Assembly (NCBI GenBank): GCA_002633005.1
Contig: NMRA01000747.1
Coordinates: 1-64,000 of the forward strand
Length of the DNA stretch: 64,000 nucleotides
From: Phoronis australis
Taxonomy: Eukaryota > Animalia > Phoronida
Direction: 5' to 3'
Shown: piece by piece, positions 26,959 to 46,222 of the stretch
Numbering within the stretch: position 1 is the first letter of the stretch
How the letters are laid out: each line of letters begins with the position of its first letter
Program-made: the position numbers and the translations under genes
The notes under the pieces: model-generated
Seen by the model: only the letters and a program-made list of their open reading frames with translations
Told to the model about the DNA's origin: nothing
Database searches by the model: none

Positions 26959-29900
26959 ATGGAGATGTCGACTATATCCGAGTTTTACGCTGGCAAGAGC
27001 ATCTTTGTGACTGGCTTCTCTGGTTTTATGGGCAAAGTCCTTGTCGAGAAGCTGCTGTGGGCCTGTCCTGCTGTAAAAGCTGTCTACGTTCTCATCAGAC
27101 CCAAGAAGGGCCAAGATGGCTATCAGAGAGTGGACAGCATTTTGAATTCAAAGGTATATTGTTGTTATCCAGGTAAGATCAGGGTGCAGTCAGTTAGGCT
27201 TGGTATGATGATAACTTTTTGCTCATTCGTCGGAAACTAAAATAGTTTTTGACACAATGTGGGGAATTTAAATTTTTCATTTCTCATCAAATGTTGCTCA
27301 CGAGATATTTTTACTTGCTATTTGGTAAATTGGTGGCCATTTGCAGAATTGTGAATTAGAAAATTTTACAATTATTTTTGTCCTAAATTGAAGAATTTTT
27401 GCTTTAATTTAGTTGTTTACATACCATTTTCTCCCATAATTCATCATTCTTGCATGATTACTGTTGAACCACTTTCAATGGCAGCCATTTTCCTGGTGTG
27501 TGCTAGACAAGTAAAGTTATGAGATTTTTTGCGAAACAAAAGGAGAGATCTTGCATTTCACTATTAGGAGGGTTATCTCGTGTGATCTTGTGTCATGTAC
27601 AATTTAGCTTCATTGTATGTAAGGAAAGGTAAAATGAGTATGATTACAAAATTGAAATTTTTACACTGTGTATCGTATTTCCCTGATCATGTCAATCTGA
27701 CTGCAATTTTTCCTCTAAAAAGATAGAAATGTTACTTTATTGGTATTTTTGGAAGCATCCGTAAATTCAGTCTTGAAATTCTCATCTGAAAATGATTTTC
27801 ATAATTTATTTTTATGCGTAGCATTGATTGAAATTCTCAAAATGGTAAATCATTACTGAAAAGGTGTGCATTAGGACAGGATGTCAGAATGAAGATGGTA
27901 TTCATTATCTGAATGTGCTGACCACAAAAATGGCTGTCTGTTGTTTTTTCGACATCACAAAATACATTCATTAAACCCTGGTATTGATCAAACTTATGCT
28001 ATTCTTAGAAGTGCTGTAAACAAAGTGCTCTCCGGAGTGACGTTGCAATCAATGGCAGACATTTTTTAATAATGAGAAAGATCTAGACAGTCTGACAAAA
28101 GTATAACTATCCATATATTAAGAACACTTGTCTCCATCTGTTGGAAATATCCCCAATACTACATTACTATGCCTTCCCTAATACTGAAAGCGAAACAACA
28201 CTTATGAGTTTAATCATAGATCACAGACACCAGATTTTCAACATTACTTCCGATATTTTATGAAAATCCCCGACTGAAGGAGGTGCCACTTACTTTGTGT
28301 GCCAATATCAGCTTCAATCATAGGCGGATTAGGGGGAGACCCAGGGGGCCTGCCCCCCCCCCCCTTGGTTGGTGGAAGCAAAATTAAAGAGCAAAAGTGT
28401 GAAGCGTGAGAAATATGGAGTTCACTAACTAGGAATGGCAGCGTAGGTGGAGGGCGGCGGGATCGTGTTGCCATTTTGTTTTTTATTAGTCCTCCGATAG
28501 ATTTTTGGAACACCAGGTCATATCGCCGACCCCCACAACTGTCAGGGTGCCTGTGCATCTAATCGCGCTTTGCCCAATTCTCCGAGGCAACATGTTGGGC
28601 CCCCCCTTATGGCATCCTAGATCCGCCACTGGAAATTCTGGTGGGCAGTTCGAAAGAAACCTTTTCAATTTGTTCCTATAGTAGAATTGTTGGTGTTCTG
28701 CGTATACTTAACACTGGTTCAGGAAGAGTGCAACTGCATACGTCTAGCTATAGCAATTCGACACTCATAGGGCTATAGGCAGCAGACGTACACACGGGAA
28801 GTAAAACTGGCTAGTGTAAAATCTCACCACTTTAGTACCTAATATGGAAGACGAGTGAAAGATATGGCCCAATCGATGATATATGGATTTAAAGTCCAGA
28901 AATAAATTCTTGGCACTTTTTCTTTTGAAAATATACTTTAGAGTTATTCTCACGGAGGTCACCCATAACATTACACTCACTCACAACCTTCAATATTTCG
29001 AACTATTTACAAAGTTACGAAAAATACGCTACCACTCAACTAAATTTCCATAACCGTCCTCTCCACTCTCTTCTAGAATCAAGTATATAACACCTCCAGT
29101 CTGACCCTACCCATTTCGACTTCAGTCTGTTTTATGTATCAATGCTGGGTGCTTGGCCCTCATATTGTTAGAGCACTTACACTCTCAGGGTGTATTGTTG
29201 CTGTCACACTCAATTGACCTAGCTTATTCACATTAAGAATCTGGGCTGCACAGTGGTATCTTATAGTTGGACAATGCTTCTCTACATCAACTTTGAAAAC
29301 CAGTGTCGCTGTTGGTCCTTGACATTTTAGATCTAAATTCATATTGTGAAGTCCGAATTGAAGACAAGCTTTTTGTTTAAATTGAATATGAGACCTGTTT
29401 GAAAGAAAGGTTGCTGCCTACGTACAATATTATGGCAAACATTCTCCAACTTGGGAGATTGAAAAATCGTATTAAATTTTATATTATTTAATATCTCGCA
29501 TTTTAGCATGCTAAGACATTTAGATCATTTCATTTCATTCTCTTCAAGATGTTTGACCGTGTAAAGCAAGACCAGCCCAATTATAAAAACAAGGTGATTC
29601 CAGTCTGCGGTGACATGTTGGAGCACAATCTAGGAATCTGTCAGTCTGACCTGACACGTATCGTGTCTGAAGTCTCCGTCGTGTTTCATTCGGCAGCAAC
29701 GGTGAAATTTGACGAAATCATGCGGTAAGTATGTCCTGTTTCACACCTAATTCCCCTTCACTGAATTTGATTTTAATTTTCTATCTGCAAAAGTTGTGAA
29801 TGCGACTTCACAGCACCCCTGTTTTACAAAACTGGCTTGTTAATTTCCTTGACTGGCTTTACGTCATTCAGATTTTCTTAAAGACCCATAATGCGGCAAT

Positions 29901-32900
29901 TAGGGCAATCCAAAACTGCAAAGTTCACGCTGAAATAAATCATATAAGCAATAGTGTAACTTCTCATTGAATCAATTCATGTTAGCCATTCGGCCATTTT
30001 GTGATCTTGAATTTACCAACACAAACTCGCCATGTTATAAAAGACAAAACAAAACAAGGAGGTTCCACCCCAAACATGAACCATTGACAGCGACTTCCAG
30101 TGGTGGCGCTGTACGGGACTGAAATGTTAAGGCTGCTATAAATTCACTTTTTGTCAAAAAACTGCTTTAAATTTTGACGACTTTCTTAACCTTTTCCTTA
30201 CTGAGATAAGAACTGACACTTTGTCATTGCTTGAGACCGTGATCAATAAGTTGGTCAGACATGACTCTGGCCTCGAGCAATGACAAACTGTTGATTCTTC
30301 CCCATGCCCAGAAGTCAATTCTGATTCAAAAAACGGACGATTGCTGCACAAATGAAAAAGTTCATATTTATTCAACGTTGTTTCGTTTATTCATTAGACA
30401 TCTAATGAATAGATGAAACGTCGAATTCATATGAACTTTTTCATTTGTGCGGCGATTGTCTGTTTTTTGATCCTATTATGGCCAAAAACTGCTATCTAAT
30501 TGAATCTGAGTAAGGAACTAGATAAACTGTTCTATAATGTTTGGTAGTCTAAATAGAATGCATTATATTTTATCAAAAGTAAATCTTTTTTGTTGGAATT
30601 CTTGTTCATAGCAGTTCTTAAACGTTGAATAAGTTACTACTCGCAGTTACTACTCGCAGTTACTACTCGCAGTTACTACTCGCAGTTACTACTCACAGTT
30701 ACTACTCACACTTTCTGAATGACGGGTTTATTGTGCATGGGTTGTTAAGAAATCTCTAGAAGCGTGTCACTGGTGTAGGACCATGATTTTTTTATTTCAG
30801 AATATCTATCCAAATGAATGTAGTGGGTGTCAAGAAACTGTTAGAGCTATGTCATCAGATGTCACAGTTGGAAGCGGTGGTTCATGTATCCACGGCCTAT
30901 GCCAACTGTAATAGGAAGGATGTCTATGAGAAGGTGTATGAACCTCCCGTACATCCAGATAAACTCTTGGATGCCGTTGAGTAAGATATACCTGTTTCAA
31001 AGGATCTTTCTCTCGATTGAGTCTTATACATGTGCGTGTTGCAATGGGACATTTATGTTGCAGTAAATGCTCTTCAATTCGACACACTTACGTGGACGAG
31101 TGGATTTTTGTGTATAATTCCCCACAAAAAAATAACAGTAAAGAAAATTATTTTGAGTCCATTCATGGCATGGTTTGTACTGAACAATTGTCATAAAAAA
31201 AGTTATTTTTTTTAAATGATTGCATTTCTATCATCGCTCTTAAATGGATAATCATGATTTTAAAGCTGCATTTCGACCTGTTAAACTGGCTAAAAGTCAA
31301 AAATCGAATGAGGTGTTTTACTAATTCATAAAACTGTCTTCTTAATATACCTTACCGTGATAGATTTCCATTTCCGTTACCAAATCAAGTCACGTGCAAT
31401 GTATGTGGTAATGGAAATGCTATCCTATCACGGTAAAGAATATTATTAAACCAGTTTTATGAGAGTAAAAGGCCCAATTTGATTTTTGTGTTTTGGTCAG
31501 CGAAGCAGGGTGATATACAGATTTTAATTATTATTTTTCAGCAAGATTGAAGACAGATTCCCACTTGTATGCATCCATTCATATCCAGAATTGATTGTAC
31601 CTCTGTCAATGGACTTGGAGATGTTATGTATTTGGTTGTGTTTGTTTGTTTGTGTTATTCAGTGGTCTTGCACTGCCAAAGTTTCATATGTAAGTTATAC
31701 CTATTCCAGACACATTTGTCTGTTTGTAGCCTCTATAGACAATATTCCCATTGCCCAAACATTGTCTTAAACAGAGTTTGATGTTTGTTGTTTCAATTAA
31801 AGGTGGATGGACGATGAAGTATGGGCGGAGCTAACTCCACGATTGATTGGTGACAGACCTAACACCTACACATTCACTAAAGCTCTGGCAGAGTATTTAC
31901 TTATAGATAAAGGTTCTGACCTCCCCCTGGCCATAGTGAGACCTTCCATTGTTGGGGCTGCGTGGAAGGAGCCATTCCCAGTATGTTTTCATTTCTTCTG
32001 TTTTCAAGTGGGAGCTAGCGGCTGCACGTGATTCAGTCTCCATGGATACGGCTGGGTCAACCCTCTAGAACATTTGATTGTCTTCCGATGACGTCTTTTG
32101 GTTCGCAAACCAATCACATTCTTAGCCTGAAGTGGTGTACTTTGTGTGAACAAATCGTGTGCAGCCGTTGGAAACAAAACAAAGTTGAAAAATAACTTCC
32201 TATCACACAGACTGGGCATTGATAAATATTAGATTTTTTCCTTTGAATTTGAAGAAGTAATGAAGAACACGTCTGATTTCTTAATCACCATCTTCCCAGT
32301 TTATCAGAGGTTGTATGTCTGGTTGTATCAAAGATGCTGCTTTTTTATCAATACTTTTACACTTGACATAAGTTGATGATTTTCTCATATCCAAATGTAG
32401 GTACAGCCTTCATCAGCCACGTTGATGAACTGTGCAGGAATGAAAATCAAATGTTACGACAGTCTTAACTAAGACTACAATCATAACCTTTGACAAAATG
32501 GGCCCTAGCTTCGTGGCACTCCTTCATGTTCTGCCATATGGTCTTTATATAGTCAGTATGCATTTTGGTGATGGCAGCGGTAAAGTAGAGAGTTAAATGT
32601 AATGTTTTGTGATATCAAGAGCTATGTTATTCATAATTTCAGTTTAACTCTTGACATTGGTTTTCATAGATGGCGATGCATGACATGACAAATGGATGTT
32701 ACAGTAAGTGTTATATTTTCAGGGCTGGGTGGATAACTTCAATGGACCTTCGGGTTTATTAGCTGCGGTAAGTACAATGGTCCAGGAGTTGGTGATTACT
32801 ATGAGTTAATTGTGACCATTTTCTATGGAGGAATCTAATTTGTGTAGGTCCTGGGCCTGCGATTTAATCTTTGTACTCGAAATTTGACCAATCACGTGCC

Positions 32901-35900
32901 ATGCTTAAAGTAAACTTGCAAATTCATACTCGAATCTTGCAGTGTGATTGGTTAAGTTTTGAACCAGAGTTTGAGTCATCTGAGTGTCGAACCTTTCCAC
33001 ATCATGAAAGAAAAAGATTTCTGTTCTCAAACAGACGATCTAGGGCGTCGCCAAGTAAAAAGTGTTTTAAAGATACAAAACAAAAAGTTTTGACAGTGTT
33101 CGCTTACCTGCGGGGCCACTTCTTATTACTCCCATTAAAGTAATCTCTCATTTTCTGCTGACAGATGTCACTGCTATCATGCCATGGGAAAGTTTGAGAC
33201 CTATTTGACGATAGTCTGTTAGGGTGGTTCATGGAATTGTCCTCTTTAAATTGGCTTCATTGTATTTCAGATTGGTAAAGGTTTACTACGAATCATGTAC
33301 GGCAACTTTGATGCTGTGGCGGATGTGGTCCCGGTAGACATTGCTACCAATTTTATGATTGCATCTGCATGGTACACGGCCACCGAGAGGCCGGCTCAGC
33401 CTGTCGTGTACAACTGTACAACGGGTATGCAGAACCCAGTCACATGGGGAACATTTGGTGAGTGGTGCCTGTGTCAGGTTGGAGGGTGTGTGAGCATATA
33501 CTTAAGTGTGTCCTTCATTTTTAATTTGTTGGTTTGTATAAAACGAAAGTTAAAAAACAAAAGTTGATATGGAAGTTTTGATTGTTAAAGTTATGACTGT
33601 TGAATGAGGTTGGTATATTGAATTCTCATCAAATACTATTTCAGTGTACTTTTTATGGAAGATTCCAAATTCAATTTATAGATAAATCTTGCTAGTTCTG
33701 AGAAAATAAATATTGCGTGTGAGAAAATATTAATGAGAAAAGATTGCTCTTAGTGGGAACACGTAAGCAGTTTGTGAAGGAGTAAGGCTGAATACCATGA
33801 CTATGGCTGTACAGATGATGTTTCTTTTGACCCGTTTCTGTTACAGAGCGAAAATCGTATGAATATTTTATGAAGCACCCAGTAGACAACATCACAAGGA
33901 TACCTAACCCAAGATTTACAAGAAGCAAGTAAGTGTCGTTGGCAATGTCTAATGTACATCAGCTTACCACATTCACTTGTCTTGTGTTGGTGGATTGGAT
34001 GGTAAAACTTTATTAAGGGTAATTCGCTACTTATTTTGCACTGAAAAATAAATGCCAAAATTGTCATTCTCCATTCTTCTAAAGCTGATCACTTTACTGC
34101 AAATAATGCAAAGTTCATCAACAGTTGTTTTACCACGTCTACACCACTCAAGCATGCTAGTAATAGACTAAAATTTTCTTGGTCTTTATTTTTGTGAAGA
34201 AATTTGACAAAATAGAATGTCACTCGTCGGCCATATTGTGTGCTAAATAGGTGAAGAATTACTATTAGCCCTCACAACACACTGTAAGCTGGCTTCTCAG
34301 CACCAGTTAGGGTCAAAGCTCACCTAGTAATGAAAGAACTACTTTTGACCACAAATGGCTTCATTCAACACAAAAATCATTCTGTTTTGACTTGCAAATA
34401 AAATTTGACAATCTTCAATTAACTTAGTGTTTGTGCATTCAATTTGTGAAACAGAGACGAAATTAATTAAATACCCCTTTTGTGTTATTTTTATTGACAG
34501 ATGGCATAATAATCCAAAAGTGTTTTGGTTCAATGTATCTAAGAGACAACTGAATTTAGTGGGTTATTTGCTATTGTGATCACGTTAGATCAGTGGGGCC
34601 TCAATCTGAGTGATTGGCCGAAGGATGGTTAGGAACAGCACTGATTGAATAATTGGCTTGGGGTGAACTGATTAATGGATTTCAAACCTAAGCCTTGGGT
34701 CTAATCTCTAATCAAAATGACTCGAAAATTGACCAATATTGCACGATGCGCTTCAGGTAGACCTACAAATTTGTCAAATCATGCCACGTGATTGGATACA
34801 TTTCGCGCCCAAGTCCTTGTCCAGTCTAAAGTTCGGAGATTAGACCCTGGGGCCTTATCTATCTGCCAGACGAGTGCAGACCCACTGCATTCTATGGATC
34901 ACCAATGCTGTGATCACATTAGAAAACTTATGTGTCTGCATGATGTCTGGTTGATTGAAGGAAGATTGACTACCCCGTGGTTGTTGTTGCACTGCGTTGC
35001 ATGGCATCACACTGTGTGTTCTTTGTTTTTACAGTATGTGGTATAAGCTCAATGTATGGTTCGACCACCAGCTCCCCGCCTACATAATTGACATCTACCT
35101 GAGATGTTGTGGAAAGAAGCCAATGTAAGCACCAGCTGTATTATAGTTTGCCTTATTACAGTAAATCTGAAGTCTGAATGCAGACATCATTATGTAGCAA
35201 TAACCTCCGATATATGTCATGTAGGCATTGACCTAATTAGACAAGCTATGAGCCTTTTAAATACATGGATGAAGTCTGTTAAATAAGCGAAGCTATGAAG
35301 CCGAAACGGAGGCTGACTGAAAACTGAGAGCACAAAATTCTCTTATTGATGTTACGTCTGCATATTAGCCTTGCATCATAAACTAGTTGTCTTCAATGTG
35401 TTTATAAAACAGTACTAGCCAAGGCTGCATGAGAGTAACTTGCGATGGACTAGAGTCCTGTCCAGGGTGAGTTGAGAGACTCATGCGCGCATGCTGCAAA
35501 AGCCTGGTTAAGTAGCGCCCCCCATGGGTCGTATTTTACTTCATTCCTCTTCCTCATGAATTGGTTGTTAACGGCTTACTTTACTTCATATCCTTCTTAC
35601 GATAAATCGCAAAGGACTTCAGGTAAAAATTCTTCAATTCAAGACAAAAAATCGCTGAATTTATCATTTTTCAAAGACTAACTAAATTGCGGTGAATGGT
35701 CAGTATAGGCTGCCTAATGTTGCTCACCAACAGTTGTGCGGTTCGTAACAAAGTCAAAGTTTATTTTTGGTGAGAAATTCAATAAAAAACAAATTTTCTG
35801 CCATATGGTGGCCTAAACTGGAGAACTGCTTACCCTCCTTTGTTTTGTATTTCTGTTCAATCATGTCCTGGTGCACCCTTCAGATTTGTTCGGTTGAACC

Positions 35901-38168
35901 AACGCCTGTTCCGGTCAGTGACCAGCCTAGAGTACTTCACTACGCATGAGTGGAGGTTTCACAATGAGAACCTGTTGATGGTCCTCAGCAAGTTGAGCAA
36001 AGAGGACAGGAAGGTAAGAGACACACTGGACAGGTCAGCTGGTTCTTGGTCGTTACGTCACTGGATATACCAATCAAGGTTGTTTCGTGGGATCTTATCG
36101 ACAAATCTGTATTTAACAGCCAATATGTACAAAACTAAAGAGTTTAGCTATGTAAAAGTATATTTTCTAAGAATCGATAGTGTGTAGAGTTTGATCTCTA
36201 TACTAATCTTTCATTAATGGGGTTAATATGTGACCATGTCTTTTTCTTAAAAAATAGCAGAAAACAAACTTAAAGTAAACAACAATATCAATAATACATT
36301 TGACTGAATTGTGTTTGATAGATTTTTCAAGATGAAATCTCAAAAAGCATTTCATTTTCCGAATATTGTTGATTAATTTTATGCAAGTGCTTTTAATTTC
36401 CTTAAGAATTAAAAAAGCACCAATTTTGGTAGCCCCTCATGCTGAAACACAACATTTTGTCTAAAAATTTCATTTGAATCTGATTTGCCGTTTGTGAGAT
36501 ATGATGTTCTGAACTTAGCAGCCAAGTTTGAAATTTTTCTGGGGTTACACAAAGACTTAAGAAAATGGGTCGTACATTTTAGTCTCTGTAGTTGATGTAG
36601 TTTTTTTGTTGCCCATATCTTCAAAAAGAAAACTACATGTAACGCAACCAAAAATGGGTTTCTCTTGCATCAGGTTTTGAAATGAGTGGGGCGTAGTCTT
36701 AACGTTTGATTCATACCACTTTCCATGGTTGTGAATGTGGCCGCATCATGTTCCTTACTTAATCTGGAGGTGATTTGTGAGCTTGGAAAGAACATTTTCT
36801 GCTTGAAACCAGGACTGAGTTCGTAGACCGTAAGACATTAGCCTGCACTTGCAGTGAAAAATTTTTGCTTATGGAATGGAAGTAGTGAACTCAGTGCCAT
36901 AATTTATGATTTCTATCCCATAATTCAACATTCCAACCTCACCGACTAACCACTTTAGGGGCCACCATGGGCTAACAAGCTCCTGGACATACAAGCAAAA
37001 CTGTTCTTTCCAAAACAAAACACAATTTCTCATCTTAGTAAGGAACAAGTTGAGACCAGTTGTGTAGCGGCACCTAGTGGTCTAAATCAAAAGTTTGTTT
37101 TTTAGACCACAACATGGATTTACAGCAACATTTTAGAATTTAAAAATGTCTTGCTAGTACTAGTACTATTACTGGAAACAACATTTTGAGCTTTCAGCAA
37201 GTTTCCAGTCTGGTTAGTAATTACTAATTCTCATGTTTTCTTTTTCCTTAAATTAGCTGTTTGACTTTGACATTAAACCGATCAACTGGGACCAGTACTT
37301 CGAGCATTACTGTCTAGGCACCAAACAGTTTGTACTGAAGGAGGAACTCTCTGGTCTGCCTGAGGCCAGAAAGACACTTAGCAGGTAAAACAGAGATCAA
37401 ATTCTAAATGGATACTAAACCCTGCTTTGGTGATTTTTAACCAATCCTCGTTCTCTTACCTGCTAATGCACCATTGTCAGCTCTCTTAATAGTGGTAAAA
37501 GCAGGATTCAACTAAACACATTATGTCTGTGTCAAAGATTGAATGTTGTGGTTCTTGGCTGGTGGGCTTTCCCTCACAGTTGTCGTGTAACTCGTCTAAA
37601 GCATAGGTAACGCTTGTCCATTTAGTGGACTTCGTAAGGAGTTTTCAAACTTTGCTTCAAACTTTTAAGGGTTGTTGAGGGTTACAGGGCATTGTTTTGT
37701 TTCAGGGAACTGTATGAGGAAGTCACTGTTAACGTGTTTTAATATGTCAAAGTTGGGTTTAGTATCCTTTTAAGTGGATTTGTCATACAAGTAACATGTA
37801 TGAAAAGCGTCAATGCTCTCATTTCTGGCGATATTTGTCAGCGAATTGTTTCGCAGGATGGCGAAAATCTGATTTATTTATTAATGTCATAAACATAATG
37901 CATCGTTCTCATCTTTTCTTTTGTTAAAACACTCGGGAGCACATTGTAAATGGTAGAATTTTGTAGTGTTTTTGAGTAAATTTTGTTTAATATATAAACA
38001 CTTGTTGCTAGGTTACAGAAAATTCAACTGGCTCTGAAGATACTGGGAGTGTTAGTCACCATCAGAACCATAATGTCGAGAGTGAAAGCAGCCAGGAGAC
38101 TTTGGTTCTTCTTTGTAAATCTCGCCATGAGAGTTCTCAAGTTGTTCCCAGCCATTGCAAAGTCTTAA
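26959..38168 (+). CDS. FAR1: Fatty acyl-CoA reductase (FAR1-like), complete, 11 coding exons, 515 aa
   Basis: Exons 26959-27153, 29549-29724, 30801-30980, 31803-31980, 32723-32767, 33271-33457, 33847-33928, 35035-35124, 35884-36013, 37257-37384 and 38012-38168 total 1548 nt, all GT-AG and in frame. Motifs: Rossmann [30 protein letters not shown], catalytic [27 protein letters not shown], Sterile domain and hydrophobic C-terminus. Confidence 0.95.
28319..28631. mobile_element. GC-rich MITE-like element (GGCGGAT...ATCCGCC ends)
   Basis: cataggcggattagggggag ... catcctagatccgccactg terminal inverted motifs in a FAR intron. Confidence 0.5.
30326..30470. repeat. Near-perfect ~145-nt foldback in FAR intron
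   Basis: tcaaaaaacggacgattgctgcacaaatgaaaaagttcatat / atatgaactttttcatttgtgcggcgattgtctgttttttga, with inner arms ttcattaga/tctaatgaa. Confidence 0.85.
30632..30709. repeat. 13-bp minisatellite (AGTTACTACTCGC) x6
   Basis: Direct tandem repeat. Confidence 0.9.
31264..31523. mobile_element. Palindromic Kolobok-like MITE flanked by TTAA
   Basis: TTAA|agctgcat ... atacagatt|TTAA; internal arms tcataaaactg/cagttttatga and ttaccgtgatag/ctatcacggtaa. Confidence 0.6.
35436..35545 (+). mobile_element. SINE relic (Nin/Deu-domain-like core)
   Basis: cttgcgatggactagagtcctgtccagggtgagttgagagactc...catgctgcaaaagcctggttaag resembles the conserved invertebrate SINE core (gcgatggactagcatcccatccagggg). Recalled similarity, not a search result. 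Confidence 0.55.
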
Positions 38169-41114
38169 CGAAGCTCCATCCATTAGGTGGACATCCAGTT
38201 AAGAGTTTTCCTATGGTGAGACGGTCAGTGGTTTGTTGATTCTGTTAAGGTATTGAAATCAAACAGCATAAAGTCCATTCCAGCTCTAAGTATTCCATAT
38301 TGTAAGGCAACCATTGCTTGAACATGTATTTCATTAATTCTTGTAAATGCTGGATAGGTGTTCATTTAGAAAAGGTAATATGGTACCCACTGGAAAGCCA
38401 CCTACACTAAAACAACTTTTCTAATTTTGTAAAATTGCGTTTATCAATTTAGAATATTAGATTTATTGTTATTGTTTTTTTTGAAAAATTTGTTAAGTGT
38501 AGTACTTTTATTGTAGTTTGTTTTATTCTATTCAACTGCATTTATAATTCCATATCTTTTGCTGTTTCAAAGAGTTTATATATATCCGTTAATGTAGTTG
38601 TTATCATATTCAGCCTTTGTGATAATATTTTATGCAATTTGTCACGTTTTCTTGAAGCATTTTTATGCATCCATGAAAGAAGTTAAGTATTTTAAGTTGT
38701 TCATAACATGCTTCCAACCTATCTTGGAAAACCTGGAAATTATAGAAATAGTATTTCGTACACAGAAAGCTCAGAAACAAAAAGCATGAAAACTCACGAG
38801 AAATTGATGATAAAATTTCATAAGATAAATTAAAATTGTCGAGAGAACAAACATTCAATAATGCTTGACAACAGTTGTAAGTAAAATATCGTTATCATTG
38901 TGGGGAAAAATAATTCATGGAAAATGAAAATAATATCTTGGAAAACTTGTAGATTAGTGGCAAAATTGGCAACACTCTCGTCATTTTACAGAACTGTGGT
39001 GAATTGAACTCGATATCCTAGGCACACGACACTGGTGCTACGAGCAAGGAAGTTCTTGCAATCAAACAACTTGAAATTACGATGACTAAAATAGTTGACG
39101 TTGTTTCAATGTGAACTTGGTTTTTGTTTTAAAATTTCATGTGAATTACAAATATCTTCAACTGATTCGTGGTCAGAATTCTAGTCTAAGAAGTTCAAGT
39201 ACCTTGTTATGATTGAAAGATGCTTTTGTGTTGTTCTTCTATTAGTCTTTCTGTTTCCCAATGTTAAATCTATCTTTGATTTGTGAAATTTTATTGTAAG
39301 CATTTCAAGTCATGCAATATGCTAGAGTTTGAAAATCATTTCATGACTGTTCAGGACTAGCATCAATATTTGCGTAGTTATGTAACATTTAGTCTACTAA
39401 TTACTGAACTCATTATCATGCTGTGTTGAATTTCTGTTGTTTACATTAGACTTATGTCTACTGAAAAATTGAGACAAAATCATATTTCCTCATCAAATGC
39501 AGGTTTTTGATGCGCACCTTGGAAACTACACTAGCGTACTCCTTGTTTATCAATTACTCTAGGGTATTCCTTGTCAATCAATTTCTTCCCGCGCTATACT
39601 GTACCAGGTTTAAACCCACTTTCTGTCCAAGAAACTAACATTTGACCTTCGCCAGTTACATAACACTATTAAACTGGCCACAACTAGTTCCTTACAAAGT
39701 TTTGAAGTGATTTTTGGGAGTCATTGCTCAGTGTTTTATAAATGACTAGCCGCGTCATGCCAAACAGTTGAGCCTGATGTGAGCATAATGTATTTAGTTT
39801 CAATGTACAAACTCTGTGAACATACGCACACCGGGCATCCAAATAATATAAGCCGAAACCAATATTCATTAGTGATGCCTGTTGTGAATCTTGGGTTTAT
39901 TTCCAGCAAGTGGAAAAGTGCCTCTTCTGGGAATTCCATATGAAAATATTGGGAGTTACGAATCTGTTGTCAATGATCAGCAACGTCAGCTATAACCAAC
40001 TATTAGTTCTTTCAAACATGGCGTAGCATGCGATTCAAGTACTTCGAGAATTTATGCATCATTTTCTTGACATTTGTAGGAATTGTTTGTCTGCTGTTGT
40101 GTATGGTTTTCTTGTTACTTGATGCAAGTAATAAAATAAAACGAAAATTTTGATGATGCTTGTACAGTGTAACTGTTTCTGTGAATCTGGTTATAAACAT
40201 TCGCTCACATTAAACATTCCATTTCACAAGTTTCAAGCCAATTGTACTGCAAACAAGTTGATAGACAGCAAATGTTAGTTTCAACAAAGGTTTTACAACA
40301 GTCACGAGGCAGTCTCCGATGGTTTCCATGTTCTGGTTTGAAACAGGAATTGAATCCAGTCATGATAAGGAATATCACGAGGCCAAATTGGGTTTCCTTT
40401 TTGCCAGCTAAACAAGGTGAAATGCAGGTTTGCTGGGTCGTCAAAATCATTTTCGTATGAATGTCCGTTTTAGATCGGGCTCTATACACCTCAGCTATTA
40501 TTGGCTTACAGATGTATTTTAATTATGAAGAGTGTCACGTGATCTATATACATGTATCCCATAATGCAACAAACACACTGCAGCCAGTATGTTGATTTCT
40601 GCATCTATCGCACACCAAGGTAAATGTCCTACTCTCATCAAAAACTCATAATTCTTGTGAAATGACGTAAGGAAAAACTAAAGGAAACGGAAACTGAGAG
40701 GGCTCCTTGTGTAAACCAGTCGTTTTTAATTAGTGAATTCGTCGATCCAGCAGTATAAAACATTGGCAAGTTAGTAAATTGTTTGAACGCCTTCACTCAT
40801 CCTGTAATTCGACTGCCAGTGTTCCATTCACCACCAGTGACAATTTACGTCAATGCTCTAAGTAGTATATCACACACCATTGTGTGCAGGTGTTGTTCAT
40901 AACGGTATGAATCAATTGGGTCTAAAGGTGATGTAATTGACATCCAAGACAAACTAGGTACAGATCAGAGTTGCTCTAGCCATACTGCAGGAACTAAATT
41001 TACAAGTAGCGCTTCAAAGTAGACTTTAATAGTGGTATTTTAACCATGGAGTGCGGTTTAAAAGTCTAATGTACACCTTGACATAAAATTAACGTCATAA
41101 CTTTCCTGTAATTT

Positions 41115-41120
41115 TTTATT
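41115..41120 (-). terminator. AATAAA polyadenylation signal of RPS13
   Basis: tttatt on the plus strand, about 40 nt downstream of the stop codon. Confidence 0.75.
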
Positions 41121-41159
41121 TTTCCATATCAGAATATGGCTGTACATAAAATAATGCGT

Positions 41160-46185
<5,026 letters not shown>

Positions 46186-46198
46186 GATGGCGGCTTGG

Positions 46199-46222
46199 TG
46201 AAAGAGACTGGTCACGTGACCA
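46199..46222 (-). promoter_or_regulatory. RPS13 TCT/5'TOP initiator plus palindromic E-box TGGTCACGTGACCA; possible bidirectional promoter shared with PTDSS2
   Basis: The minus strand reads gtCTCTTTCaccaagccgccatcATG, a pyrimidine TCT initiator typical of ribosomal protein genes. A 14-bp palindrome lies at 46209-46222. Confidence 0.7.

Noticed and set aside
38166-38186. Stop-codon readthrough extension of FAR
   Set aside because: TAA-CGA is not a leaky context and the extension RSSIH is not a PTS1.
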